DNA of 32,000 bases from Telmatocola sphagniphila (GCF_018398935.1 NZ_CP074694.1:6120001-6152000), one strand, 5' to 3'; numbered from the stretch's first letter, positions 8,027-16,388 are shown. The notes: generated from the sequence alone by a model not told the origin. Translations and numbers: made by a program.

Positions 8027-9139
8027 TTATTTCTTGTCTTTCAATTCCGCGGGATTTAATTGTCCCGGTTCCTTCGCATCCGCGGGATTTAATCGGCCCG
8101 CTTCTTTCAATTCTTTTTCAACGTTCTGCTTGAGTTCCTTCTCCGTTGTGTTAGGCGGATTGAAGAACTTCTGAGGTTTTGCTTCTTCAAGCAGGGCTGC
8201 CATGATCTTCGGCACTTCCCTATCGATCTTTTTCTCCCGAAGCTCTTTTTCGATTCCGACCTTTTCTTTTTCGTAATTCCCTGGCGCACCCTCTTCGTAA
8301 CCGGTGCAGCGCATCACTAAAATGCGACCTTTGGTTTTGACGATGGCGCTGGTCTCACCCGGCTTCAATTTAAAGGCCGCTTCTTCGAGTCGATCATCTC
8401 CTGTCGAACCCTTCGCGAAGGGCAGCACTTCGCCACCCTTGGAGGCGAGGGTGCCGTCGGCCTGGTTGCGCGCCACGCGATCGAACTCTTCCTCACTGCT
8501 GCGCAGTTTCTCGTAGGCCTTCATGGCCATGGTTTCTTCACTCTCCGGCCAGACGATCACTTTCACTTTCACGCGCTTACCGTGAATGATGTCGTACTTA
8601 GCCCGGATTTCGGAATCGGCAATCTGTATCGCATCGATCTTTTCTTTACCCATTTTGTAGAGCATGATGCGGGGCTTGATGACGTCTTCTTTCCATTCGA
8701 AGATGGAGACGCCGTAGTTTTTTGTGATCATCTTGAGGAATTCGCTGCGCTGGGCGATATTCGCACAATCCTGATCGATGATGGCTTCGATCTCAGCATT
8801 ACTCACAGTAATGTTGCGCTTGGCGGCGGCGACTTCGATCACCTTCTTATTGACGTAAAGATCGAACTTCTCCGCCCCTTTGCGGGCCATGAGATATTCG
8901 CCAAAATCATCCCGGTACAGCGGTATGTTGCCGTAGATGTAGCCAACGACGCGACGTTCCGCATTCGGTACGACGCTCGGAGCGGCGGGAGTGGTGGCCG
9001 AGACTTGTTTGATGGACGGCGAGGCAGGCGTTTGAGGTGCCTGTGCGCTCGAGCGGTTCGTGGTCGAGAAATGGCCGATCAGCAAACCGGCCCCCAACAG
9101 GCTCAATGCCCGCAGTTGGTATTTGGTTTGAAAGTTCAT
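8027..9139 (-). CDS. Periplasmic SurA/PrsA-like chaperone with a parvulin-type PPIase domain that may be catalytically degenerate
   Basis: This is a 370-aa ORF starting at an ATG, with a signal peptide (LRALSLLGAGLLIGHF). The parvulin-like core reads VKVKVIVWPESEETMAMKAYEKLRSSEEEFDRVARNQADGTLASKGGEVLPFAKGS...AAFKLKPGETSAIVKTKGRILVMR. The two His residues typical of active parvulins (the HILV and YHII positions) appear to be replaced. Confidence 0.65.
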   Translation of the reverse strand: MNFQTKYQLRALSLLGAGLLIGHFSTTNRSSAQAPQTPASPSIKQVSATTPAAPSVVPNAERRVVGYIYGNIPLYRDDFGEYLMARKGAEKFDLYVNKKVIEVAAAKRNITVSNAEIEAIIDQDCANIAQRSEFLKMITKNYGVSIFEWKEDVIKPRIMLYKMGKEKIDAIQIADSEIRAKYDIIHGKRVKVKVIVWPESEETMAMKAYEKLRSSEEEFDRVARNQADGTLASKGGEVLPFAKGSTGDDRLEEAAFKLKPGETSAIVKTKGRILVMRCTGYEEGAPGNYEKEKVGIEKELREKKIDREVPKIMAALLEEAKPQKFFNPPNTTEKELKQNVEKELKEAGRLNPADAKEPGQLNPAELKDKK

Positions 9140-9216
9140 CTATTTAGTTCCCCCAGAAAATTTTCTTTCAAGTGGGTACGGGAAATAGACGAACTCGGAC
9201 ATTAATGCAAGTGTAT

Positions 9217-9978
9217 TTAATGTTTTTCTTCGGGTGAATTGGTTTTTGTACTATTCAGGCCCGGGATCCAACTGCTCACTTTGTGATAAATGGGCATCAT
9301 GAAGGGGGGAAGGATCTTTGCCCAGTTTGCCCGACGATTCTCTCCTACGTAAATTTCGTCGTTGGGTCGAACCAAGATATTCGATTTGGTATCGTGGTCG
9401 ATCAGGATCTTCTCCAGTTCGATATCGATGACCTCCTGTTTCCCGCCATTAATGACATTACTGCGGACCAGATAAATCTGCTGCAAGTCGGCATCGATGG
9501 TCAGACCGCCCGCCCGTTCCAACACTTCCAGAACCGTTTCCGGGCCACGATAATCGATATGCCGGGTGCCGCCCGCGACCGCCCCGTGTATCAGCAGAAC
9601 TTTACTTTGATGAGCGGCCACGCGGACCTGGATCTTTTCCACTGGTACGTTGAAGAGCTGGCTCAGTTGCTTACGGACTTCGGCCAGGCTTTCATTCTCG
9701 ACTGGAATCTGTTGGTCGCGGAGTTGCAGTTTGCCGTCCACGGCGATGAGGTGATTTCCATTCAGTTCCGGGCGCCCTTCCACCTCCAGATTCAAGCGAT
9801 CGGGGAACGCCACCTGATATGCCAGAGCATCGAGTTGCGGAGAGTATTCCTTTTGGGGGATCGGCTGGGATATAATTTTGCGGACTTGGGCCTGCCGGGA
9901 GGCGCAACCGGGCATGCAGCAGCCGATCAGCAGGGCGCCTACGAGGAAATAGCACCGGATTTTCGAACTAAACCGCAT
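9217..9978 (-). CDS. Polysaccharide export lipoprotein, a short Wza-like protein (Poly_export plus one SLBB domain)
   Basis: This is a 253-aa ORF starting at an ATG. It has a lipobox (LLIGC). The segment YQVAFPDRLNLEVEGRPELNGNHLIAVDGKLQL...ESLAEVRKQLSQLF fits the Poly_export pattern. The segment LIHGAVAGGTRHIDYRGPETVLEVLERAGGLT...IYLVRS...ILVRPNDEIYV fits an SLBB domain. Confidence 0.75.
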   Translation of the reverse strand: MRFSSKIRCYFLVGALLIGCCMPGCASRQAQVRKIISQPIPQKEYSPQLDALAYQVAFPDRLNLEVEGRPELNGNHLIAVDGKLQLRDQQIPVENESLAEVRKQLSQLFNVPVEKIQVRVAAHQSKVLLIHGAVAGGTRHIDYRGPETVLEVLERAGGLTIDADLQQIYLVRSNVINGGKQEVIDIELEKILIDHDTKSNILVRPNDEIYVGENRRANWAKILPPFMMPIYHKVSSWIPGLNSTKTNSPEEKH

Positions 9979-10285
9979 AGATCGAATTAACGGTAGATAG
10001 AGGATAACCCATCATCTACATCGAACTCCCATGCGGTTCTAGTTGATCAAAAGAGGTGATTGTCCCCTGCTGGAGAAAACGTGTCTGACGATAATTTGAA
10101 GATGCATCCAACAATCCGTTCCCAGCCTGCCCGGATTACCAAGGCGTAGCGGTCACGACAATGATGACAGCTTGCGCAGTTTCCGCAGGCTGCGGAATGC
10201 ATTTTTTACACAACGGTGCTTTGCACCCTTCAAGTTTATGAGACACAATCCTTTACAGTAAACGGGGACCTAATTAGGCGAGCTC

Positions 10286-11407
10286 ATGAACTTTTCCGCT
10301 TTGGATGCTTCAGCCTGGAGAGAAGTGGGACAGGTCTATTCCCGCAAAGGGGAATTCGACCGAGCCATTGAAGCGTTCACGGCCGCTATCGAAGTCATTC
10401 CCGATGATCCCGAACTCTTTTTGCTCCGCGGGCAAGTCCTGCTGGAACGCAAAGAGTATCGCAGTGCCATCGATAACTTCGACAAAGCGATCTCTTTCGA
10501 CGCGAATTGTACCGAGGCCTGGATAAAACGGGCCGAAGCCAGACTGGCCATTGAAGACTACGCGGGAGCCCTGCAGGATTTCAGCAAAGTCGTCGAATTA
10601 GATCCGCGTAAGGCAAACGGCTGGCACGGCCGGGGGGTGGTACTAGCGATGGCCGGGCACTATCCGCAGTCCCTGCGGGATCTCACCGAGGCGTTGCGGC
10701 GGGAACCGAGGTCGGTGGCTACCCTGTTGAACCGAGGCCGGGTCTACAAATCGCTAGGGCAATATTCCGAAGCCTCGGCCGATTTCTCCGGGGCGATCCG
10801 CTACGACTCCCGAAATCCCGAAGCCTACATTGCCCGCGCCGAAATGCTCGCCCAACTGGGCCGGATCGATGCAGCGCTCGCGGATCTGAATACGGTTCTT
10901 CGGCTCGATCCCCGCTCTGCCGAGGCTTTCTGGTTGAGAGCCCGGCTGCACCAGCAGAATCTGGAACTCGATCGGGCTGTGGATGATCTGACCTGGTTGT
11001 TGAAGCTTCATCCCGATCACGTCGATGCCTGGAATTTCCGGGGTTCCATCCGTTCCGAAGCGGGGGACATCGCCGGAGCGATTCTGGATCACGAACAGGC
11101 CCGCGCGATTGATCCGCGAAATCCCGCTACTTTGAATTATCTCGCCTGGCTGCGAGCGACGACCACCGATAGCCGACTGGCCGATGTGGAACAAGCGCTG
11201 GAAGATGCCCGGGCCGCCTGCGATTTAACGCATGGCGAGATGGCGGGATTTCTGGACACTCTGGCCGTGGCACAAGCGGCCAATGGTCTTTTCGATGAAG
11301 CGATTGAAACCCAGAACCGTGCACTGGATATCGCTTCCGAGGAACAGCTGCTCGAATTGCGGAGCCGACTTCAACTCTATCGGGAACATAAGCCCTATCG
11401 CGTTTAA
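10286..11407 (+). CDS. Cytosolic tetratricopeptide-repeat protein with about 9 TPR units
   Basis: This is a 373-aa ORF starting at an ATG, with no signal peptide. It shows a reiterated 34-aa TPR pattern, for example AWREVGQVYSRKGEFDRAIEAFTAAIEVIPDDPE, AWIKRAEARLAIEDYAGALQDFSKVVELDPRKA and AYIARAEMLAQLGRIDAALADLNTVLRLDPRSA. Confidence 0.85.
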   Translation: MNFSALDASAWREVGQVYSRKGEFDRAIEAFTAAIEVIPDDPELFLLRGQVLLERKEYRSAIDNFDKAISFDANCTEAWIKRAEARLAIEDYAGALQDFSKVVELDPRKANGWHGRGVVLAMAGHYPQSLRDLTEALRREPRSVATLLNRGRVYKSLGQYSEASADFSGAIRYDSRNPEAYIARAEMLAQLGRIDAALADLNTVLRLDPRSAEAFWLRARLHQQNLELDRAVDDLTWLLKLHPDHVDAWNFRGSIRSEAGDIAGAILDHEQARAIDPRNPATLNYLAWLRATTTDSRLADVEQALEDARAACDLTHGEMAGFLDTLAVAQAANGLFDEAIETQNRALDIASEEQLLELRSRLQLYREHKPYRV

Positions 11408-12126
11408 GTCACTGCGATCGATAGAAAATTATTGATGGTGTGGAGAGTGATGGACGCCCAGAGCGATTTCGCGATGAGAAACAACGCCCCGAAAATCAGC
11501 CCGTAAAAGAAAATCTTCAACTGTGCCAGAAGCAAATCGATCCCGGTCATCTCATCGGTAAGCACCCAATAAGGCAGATGCGAAATCGCGAATAACATCG
11601 CGCTGATTAACAGCGCCTTTTTACGAGTTGTAATCTCAATCAATTGTTGGAGCACAAAACCACGAAACAGTATCTCCTCAGCCAGAGGGGCAGAGAGAAT
11701 CGGGTTCAGCCAACTATTCCACTTCTCGGGAACTTGAAATTTAGCTTCCTCAAACAGCATTCGATATGCGGCGATCAATCCAGGATAGAGGACGGAGGCG
11801 ATTAAGCCGTAGAGAAGCCCTTTTCGCACATTTTGAATTAAACCGAGATATTGAAAGGGCTCGCGATGAAGGACCAGTCGCACGTATAAGAACACTGGTA
11901 GCACCCATACCAGAAGTCGGACCAGGGCTTTTAGAATTCCCCAATCTAATTCGGCGGGATAATGAAACAGCAGATAGGCCCAACTCGTCCAGAGCAGGTA
12001 AAAGACTAGTAAAAAGCCGGAGAGATTTACGCCGAGCGAAGTTTTGGCACTCACCAGGGATACTCTCGGGCTCAAAGAATGAAGAAGATTCGTTTCTAAT
12101 GTAATGAATCTTCCTGAACCAGCCAA
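11404..12126 (-). CDS. CPBP-family intramembrane glutamic endopeptidase (CAAX protease / Abi family)
   Basis: The protein is multi-pass and hydrophobic and carries the three CPBP motifs: LAEEILFRGF (EExxxR), LFAISHL (FxxxH) and TLHTINNF (HxxxN). The start is uncertain. The track start at 12126 is a TTG, and an in-frame GTG about 72 nt downstream is an alternative. Confidence 0.8.
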   Translation of the reverse strand: MAGSGRFITLETNLLHSLSPRVSLVSAKTSLGVNLSGFLLVFYLLWTSWAYLLFHYPAELDWGILKALVRLLVWVLPVFLYVRLVLHREPFQYLGLIQNVRKGLLYGLIASVLYPGLIAAYRMLFEEAKFQVPEKWNSWLNPILSAPLAEEILFRGFVLQQLIEITTRKKALLISAMLFAISHLPYWVLTDEMTGIDLLLAQLKIFFYGLIFGALFLIAKSLWASITLHTINNFLSIAVT

Positions 12127-12258
12127 CCGGTTCTTTACAAATTATATTCGGCCTCTAACTTCCTAAATTTTCAGGGAGCGGAGAGGGAAGACGACTTTTC
12201 AACAATAAAGAAAAGCGGTCATCACTGCAGCTCCCTTTGTTCGGGTGCGCAATCTCTA

Positions 12259-13059
12259 CTAATACCCCTTGTAAGGAACGGTCGAATTAAAAAGGAAGCC
12301 GAGGTTATTCACCTGAATCCCCTTTAAGAAATTCTGGGACCAGGAGGGATCGGGGCTGACCGTCACTGGAGAGAGCGTTTCCACATGCCCATCTAAAAAT
12401 CCGACGCAAGCCAGGCGATCGTGCCGAAAATGCGTAAAGGATTGGTAGGTACCCCAGGACGATGCGGGGGAAAGCGGAATCGGAGGAACCAGAGCCGTCG
12501 ATTCTTGAAGGCTCGCCGGAGTACCGTCGACTAACAAAGCCACTTCCGAAAAAGCGTAGGTCGCACTCGTCGACCAGTTCACAAATTTCGTCCCGCCCAG
12601 CGCTTTGTTGTACCCATAGCCGCCTGTCATCGGCTGGCCGGAAGGCCCGGGATATTGAACGTACCCTTTGAGATTCTGCCAATTGAGTGCGGGGCAAGTG
12701 ACGGCCTTATAATTCTGCTCGTAATACGGGGACAGAATCCCTTTTGTGGGATCGACGATCAGATTCCAGTTCGAAGCGTAGCTGGTCTGGGCAAACCAAT
12801 AGGAAGTCAGATAGGCGGGAGCCGGGCCGCCATTGGGGAAGGGGGTATACTCCTGCGGGAGTACCTGATTACTCGATTCGTAGTTGTGCAGGGCCAGAAC
12901 GAGTTGTTTGGCCGAGTTGGCACATTGAATTCGAGCGGCGGCGGAGCGCACCTTCTGAACGGCGGGCAGCAAGAGCCCGATCAGGATCGCAATAATGGCG
13001 ATCACTACCAGAAGCTCAATCAGGGTGAATGCGGAACGAGAAGAACTGCGACGATACAT
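12259..13059 (-). CDS. Prepilin-type N-terminal cleavage/methylation domain protein with a DUF1559 / H-X9-DG C-terminal domain
   Basis: The sequence [28 protein letters not shown] is a classic type IV pilin-like leader plus helix. The sequence [15 protein letters not shown] gives H-x9-DG. I moved the start to the ATG at 13059 ([17 protein letters not shown]), which is preceded by GAAAGGAACTCC. The track start at 13107 would add 16 atypical residues. Confidence 0.9.
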   Translation of the reverse strand: MYRRSSSRSAFTLIELLVVIAIIAILIGLLLPAVQKVRSAAARIQCANSAKQLVLALHNYESSNQVLPQEYTPFPNGGPAPAYLTSYWFAQTSYASNWNLIVDPTKGILSPYYEQNYKAVTCPALNWQNLKGYVQYPGPSGQPMTGGYGYNKALGGTKFVNWSTSATYAFSEVALLVDGTPASLQESTALVPPIPLSPASSWGTYQSFTHFRHDRLACVGFLDGHVETLSPVTVSPDPSWSQNFLKGIQVNNLGFLFNSTVPYKGY

Positions 13060-13511
13060 GGAGTTCCTTTCTGCCGGTCCGGGCAAGAAGTGGAGGCAAC
13101 GGACCAATAGACAGCAATGTGCCTGCGAATATGCAGAACGAAACCCATGGCCGTCTCGGATTCTTGGTGCCGAAGCTCCGAACGTCGACTCGACTGGCAG
13201 GTCTTCTGGCTCTCGGCTTAACGCGACTTTCGATTCTCCTTCCCGCTTTCGCAGTGGTTATGAATCGAAAGTCTCGCCGATTACAGCGGCGGCCCCGCAA
13301 CGGATTTTCACCGTTTTCCCTTTTCATCCTTCCGGCAAGCCGGAAAGAACCAATTGAGTTTTGCTGATTCTATGAATCACTGAGATGGTTGTTGGTTTTT
13401 TTTGCGGGCAAGTGATCTCGCCCGCGCGGAAAACCTAGAAAAACCGCGGCCAAATCCTCTTAGCCGAAAAAGAAAAAAATGGACGGTCGGACGCATTTCT
13501 CCACTGCAGAA

Positions 13512-13558
13512 ATGAAAATCGCACCCGGCGAGAACGCTTAATATTATGGCCGGATGCG
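13512..13558 (-). terminator. Rho-independent terminator after the beta-propeller/phosphoesterase gene
   Basis: In the minus-sense RNA a 10-bp stem forms between CGCAUCCGGC and GCCGGGUGCG, with one G-U pair that would be a C-A mismatch on the plus strand. It is followed by AUUUUCAUUUCU and starts 31 nt after the stop at 13590. The 19-nt loop is large. Confidence 0.5.
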
Positions 13559-13589
13559 AGCGAAGAGAAATTAAAATCCCTCGGCAACT

Positions 13590-16277
13590 TTACTTGTCGT
13601 CCTCATCGTCGTCGTCATCGTCCTCTTTCTTGGTCGAGTAGAAGAAGGCAGCCCGCACCGGCGCGGGAATAGCACTTTGAGCCCCCTTCACCGATTTCCA
13701 AATGACTTCATTGAACTTCAGATCGTCGGCCTGATCTTCCTTCTCGAGATTGGCCAACTCGCTCCAGACAGCGCCAAAGGCCCCCGCCACATTTTTTGCC
13801 TTCAGATCGGTTTTCGGCTCCACCGATTTGTACGGTGTGAAATCCGGCTTGGCGGTAAAGCTGGCATAGAGTGGTCGTGCGGCGGCATCGAACTGGCTCA
13901 TCGGTTTCAGTCCCAAAATCAATTCCATGGTGTGCAGCATACTGGTCGTCGAGTAGAGCGTGGAATCGACGTACTGACGTTTGGTGTAGGGCGAGATCAC
14001 CAGCACGGGGCAGCGGTGGGCATCGACGTGATCCGGTCCGTTCTGGGTATCGTCTTCGAGTACGAAGATGGCCGTATCCTTCCAGAATATGCTGTTGGTC
14101 ACGGCTTCGACCGCGCGGCCCAAAGCCAGGTCGTTATCGGCTACCATCGCGGTCGGCGTCGGTTTGCCGACGCGCGTGCCGGAGGTGTGATCGTTGGGCA
14201 GTTTCAAAATCGTCAGTCGGGGAGCTTCGCCTTTGGCTTCGAATTCCTTCCACTTGGCGATGAACCGTTCGGCCCGTTTGACGTCCGGATACTCGAGATC
14301 GTAGGCCCGGAACTGCGGATCGAAATGACCTTCGATCGCGGGTACGCTCGCCTTGCAGTCGGCGAAAGTTCCATCGGGCTTGACTATCCCCACGTTGTTC
14401 ACCCATTCCCCGAAGGTGAAGTAACTTACGCCCGCTTCAGCGGCTTTGTCCCAGATGTATCCACCGCTGGGTCGGGACATGTAATCGATTGCTCCCTCGC
14501 TGGGATATCCGAAACGATTTTTCGGGCTGCCCCGATAACTCAGAGGCCAGGCCCGCTCCACGAAATCGGTGGCATAAGCGCCCATCGACCATTCGTGTCC
14601 ATCGGCACTCACTTCCCCGTCGGCATAAAAGTTATCCAGCAAGACGAACTCTTTCGCCAGTTTGTGATGATTGGCCGTGATGGCTTCGGGGAACAGACAG
14701 AGTTCCGGTTCGCCATTGCCCTGCGGCAAGTCCCCGAAAACTTGATCGTAAGTGCGGTTTTCCTTGATGATGTAGATGACGTGCTTAATCGGAGAAGCAC
14801 CGCCGAGCTTGACCGGAATGGGATTTCCCGGTTCCACATTATCCGCATTAACCGCGCTGTCTTTTTGCAGGGGACTGCACAGATAAGCCGTCTTGGTGTA
14901 GTTGGCCAGCTCACGCGGATTCGGCATTTCCAGGAAGCCAATGGTACCGTTGAGCAACTCACCGATGTATTCTTTCAGACTGCCGCGAGAGTAAGGCCCG
15001 GGTCCACCGCGATTGGCCTTCGAAGAAAGTCCTTTGCCGTTGGCGATGGCCAGCTGTTTGGTCACCGGGTTAAACCGCACGCTGGTCGGGTACCAACCGG
15101 TGGGAATGAAGCCGAGTGGTTTGGCCAGTTGCGGATCGCTGACATTGAAAACCGCCAGATTATTCGCATCGGAATTGGCTACGAATAGCATCTCGCCATC
15201 CGGTGTCAGGCAGAGGCTGCAGGGGGTGTTGCCATTAGGCGCGTTGGGATGGATGGCCGCGTTGATCACCTGCAACGGCTTGCCGTTGGTGGTGTCGAAG
15301 ACGTGAACCTGAGTGGAGTTGGCACAAGCGACATAAAGCGTCGTGCTGTCGGGGCTCAGGATCAACTCTGTTGGATGACTCGCAGTTGGAAGGTGACCCG
15401 TCACCTCGTTGGTTTCCAGATCGATCACAGCGACGCAGGAGGCCATCCAGAGGCTGACGTAGAGTTTCTTGTTGTCCTTATCCGCAACGGCCAGATACGG
15501 ATGGCAGGGGTTTGCCAGAGACTTGGGTGGGGATTCTTTCTTGGTCTCCGTAGTCGGATCTTTGCGATTGTCGCTGGGGCTGGGGAGTTCCCCGAGCGGC
15601 TTAATATCTTTCTTGGGTTCGGGCTTAGTCTTGGGTCCGGCCATGGCAATCACTGTGCGATTAGCCGGATTATCGACGGGAATACGGATGACATTATCCC
15701 CCCAGGTCTGGCAACAGAAAAGTTCACGGCCATTGGCATCCATCGAAAGTCCGCCCACGACCGATTTGGGGGCGATCCCGGCGAGATTGATGCTCTGAGC
15801 GTTGGAGAGGAGTCCCCGCGTGAAGTCGTACTCGTGAATGACCTCCATTTCGCCGCCGGAAACATAGAGTTTTTTGCCGTCTTTCGAGAAGCAGAGCCCG
15901 GTGAAAGTTTGATCGACCACGACCTGCGACAGGACTTTCTGTTTGGATTTCGCCGCATCGAGAATGATGATTTCGTGGGCTTTGTAGCCGCCGGTTATGG
16001 CCGCGATGTACTGGCCGGAAGGATGCACGGCGATATTGGTCGGCAGATCGCCGACTTCCACCTGCCGACCCGTGGGACGCAATTTCCATTGATTGGGAAG
16101 CTGTACGAATCCCGTTTTCAACAAACCGGGAAGGACGCGCGGCTCTCTGACTTCGGCTTTCGTCTGGGGCTTTCCTTCGGCGGGAGCCTGTCCTCTCGAG
16201 CGGGGATCGAGCCCGGCAAATAAGGCCAGACAGCAGAGGCCCAGCGCGCTCAATGCAATCAGAGATTTGGTCGGCAT
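13590..16277 (-). CDS. Secreted fusion protein: an N-terminal YVTN/YncE-like beta-propeller plus a C-terminal phosphoesterase domain (phospholipase C / AcpA family), ending in a poly-Asp tail
   Basis: This is an 895-aa ORF starting at an ATG, with a signal peptide (LIALSALGLCCLALFAGL). Propeller-type repeats include KLYVSGGEMEVIHEYDF, KLYVSLWMASCVAVIDLETNEV, TLYVACANSTQVHVFD and MLFVANSDANNLAVFNV. The phosphoesterase hallmark IKHVIYIIKENRTYDQVFGDL is present, followed by DGHEWSMG...LPNDHTSG...EDDTQNGPDHVDAHR. The C-terminus reads KKEDDDDDDEDDK. Confidence 0.85.
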   Translation of the reverse strand: MPTKSLIALSALGLCCLALFAGLDPRSRGQAPAEGKPQTKAEVREPRVLPGLLKTGFVQLPNQWKLRPTGRQVEVGDLPTNIAVHPSGQYIAAITGGYKAHEIIILDAAKSKQKVLSQVVVDQTFTGLCFSKDGKKLYVSGGEMEVIHEYDFTRGLLSNAQSINLAGIAPKSVVGGLSMDANGRELFCCQTWGDNVIRIPVDNPANRTVIAMAGPKTKPEPKKDIKPLGELPSPSDNRKDPTTETKKESPPKSLANPCHPYLAVADKDNKKLYVSLWMASCVAVIDLETNEVTGHLPTASHPTELILSPDSTTLYVACANSTQVHVFDTTNGKPLQVINAAIHPNAPNGNTPCSLCLTPDGEMLFVANSDANNLAVFNVSDPQLAKPLGFIPTGWYPTSVRFNPVTKQLAIANGKGLSSKANRGGPGPYSRGSLKEYIGELLNGTIGFLEMPNPRELANYTKTAYLCSPLQKDSAVNADNVEPGNPIPVKLGGASPIKHVIYIIKENRTYDQVFGDLPQGNGEPELCLFPEAITANHHKLAKEFVLLDNFYADGEVSADGHEWSMGAYATDFVERAWPLSYRGSPKNRFGYPSEGAIDYMSRPSGGYIWDKAAEAGVSYFTFGEWVNNVGIVKPDGTFADCKASVPAIEGHFDPQFRAYDLEYPDVKRAERFIAKWKEFEAKGEAPRLTILKLPNDHTSGTRVGKPTPTAMVADNDLALGRAVEAVTNSIFWKDTAIFVLEDDTQNGPDHVDAHRCPVLVISPYTKRQYVDSTLYSTTSMLHTMELILGLKPMSQFDAAARPLYASFTAKPDFTPYKSVEPKTDLKAKNVAGAFGAVWSELANLEKEDQADDLKFNEVIWKSVKGAQSAIPAPVRAAFFYSTKKEDDDDDDEDDK

Positions 16278-16360
16278 GATGATTCTCGTCGGTGTAATAC
16301 AACGAAGATCAGCATATCTAGCGAGGCGAAAAAAGGGGAATAGATTTTTGATGAAGATTG

Positions 16361-16388
16361 CAGCGGTGAGGGTTAGTCCTCACCGCTG
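16361..16388 (-). terminator. Stem-loop immediately downstream of gatB; a possible terminator that lacks a U-tract
   Basis: A perfect 11-bp stem pairs CAGCGGTGAGG (16361-16371) with CCTCACCGCTG (16378-16388) around a 6-nt loop. It lies 7 nt after the gatB stop at 16396. The trailing minus-sense sequence, CAAUCUUCAUC, is not U-rich. Confidence 0.45.

Noticed and set aside
5628-13322. A shared hairpin-like sequence, AACGGT-N4/5-ATCCGTTGC, at 5628-5647 (+) and 13300-13318 (-), considered as a possible dispersed repeat family.
   Set aside because: A 15-nt match that allows a gap is within chance expectation for this much sequence, and I saw only two copies.
13016-13367. Three overlapping ORFs in the DUF1559 leader: 13016..13327 (-), 12995..13357 (+) and 13029..13367 (+). 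The last has a hydrophobic stretch, [23 protein letters not shown].
   Set aside because: All are Arg-rich, lack convincing ribosome-binding sites and overlap each other in different frames. That pattern points to a stop-poor non-coding stretch, not genes. A 78-aa membrane peptide starting at 13131 cannot be fully excluded.
13396-13434. A T8 / GCGGGC-N10-GCCCGC / A4 element that looks like a terminator.
   Set aside because: The U-tract precedes the stem on the plus strand, and an A-tract follows it on the minus strand. This is the wrong geometry for an intrinsic terminator in either direction. I list it only as part of the structured leader.
13677-16223. Long plus-strand ORFs (13677..15188 at 503 aa, and 15249..16223 at 324 aa) opposite the 895-aa gene.
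   Set aside because: Their translations are Arg/Gly/Val-rich with no recognisable motifs. The minus-strand frame carries unmistakable propeller and phosphoesterase motifs. These are antisense shadow ORFs of the kind seen in moderately GC-rich coding DNA.
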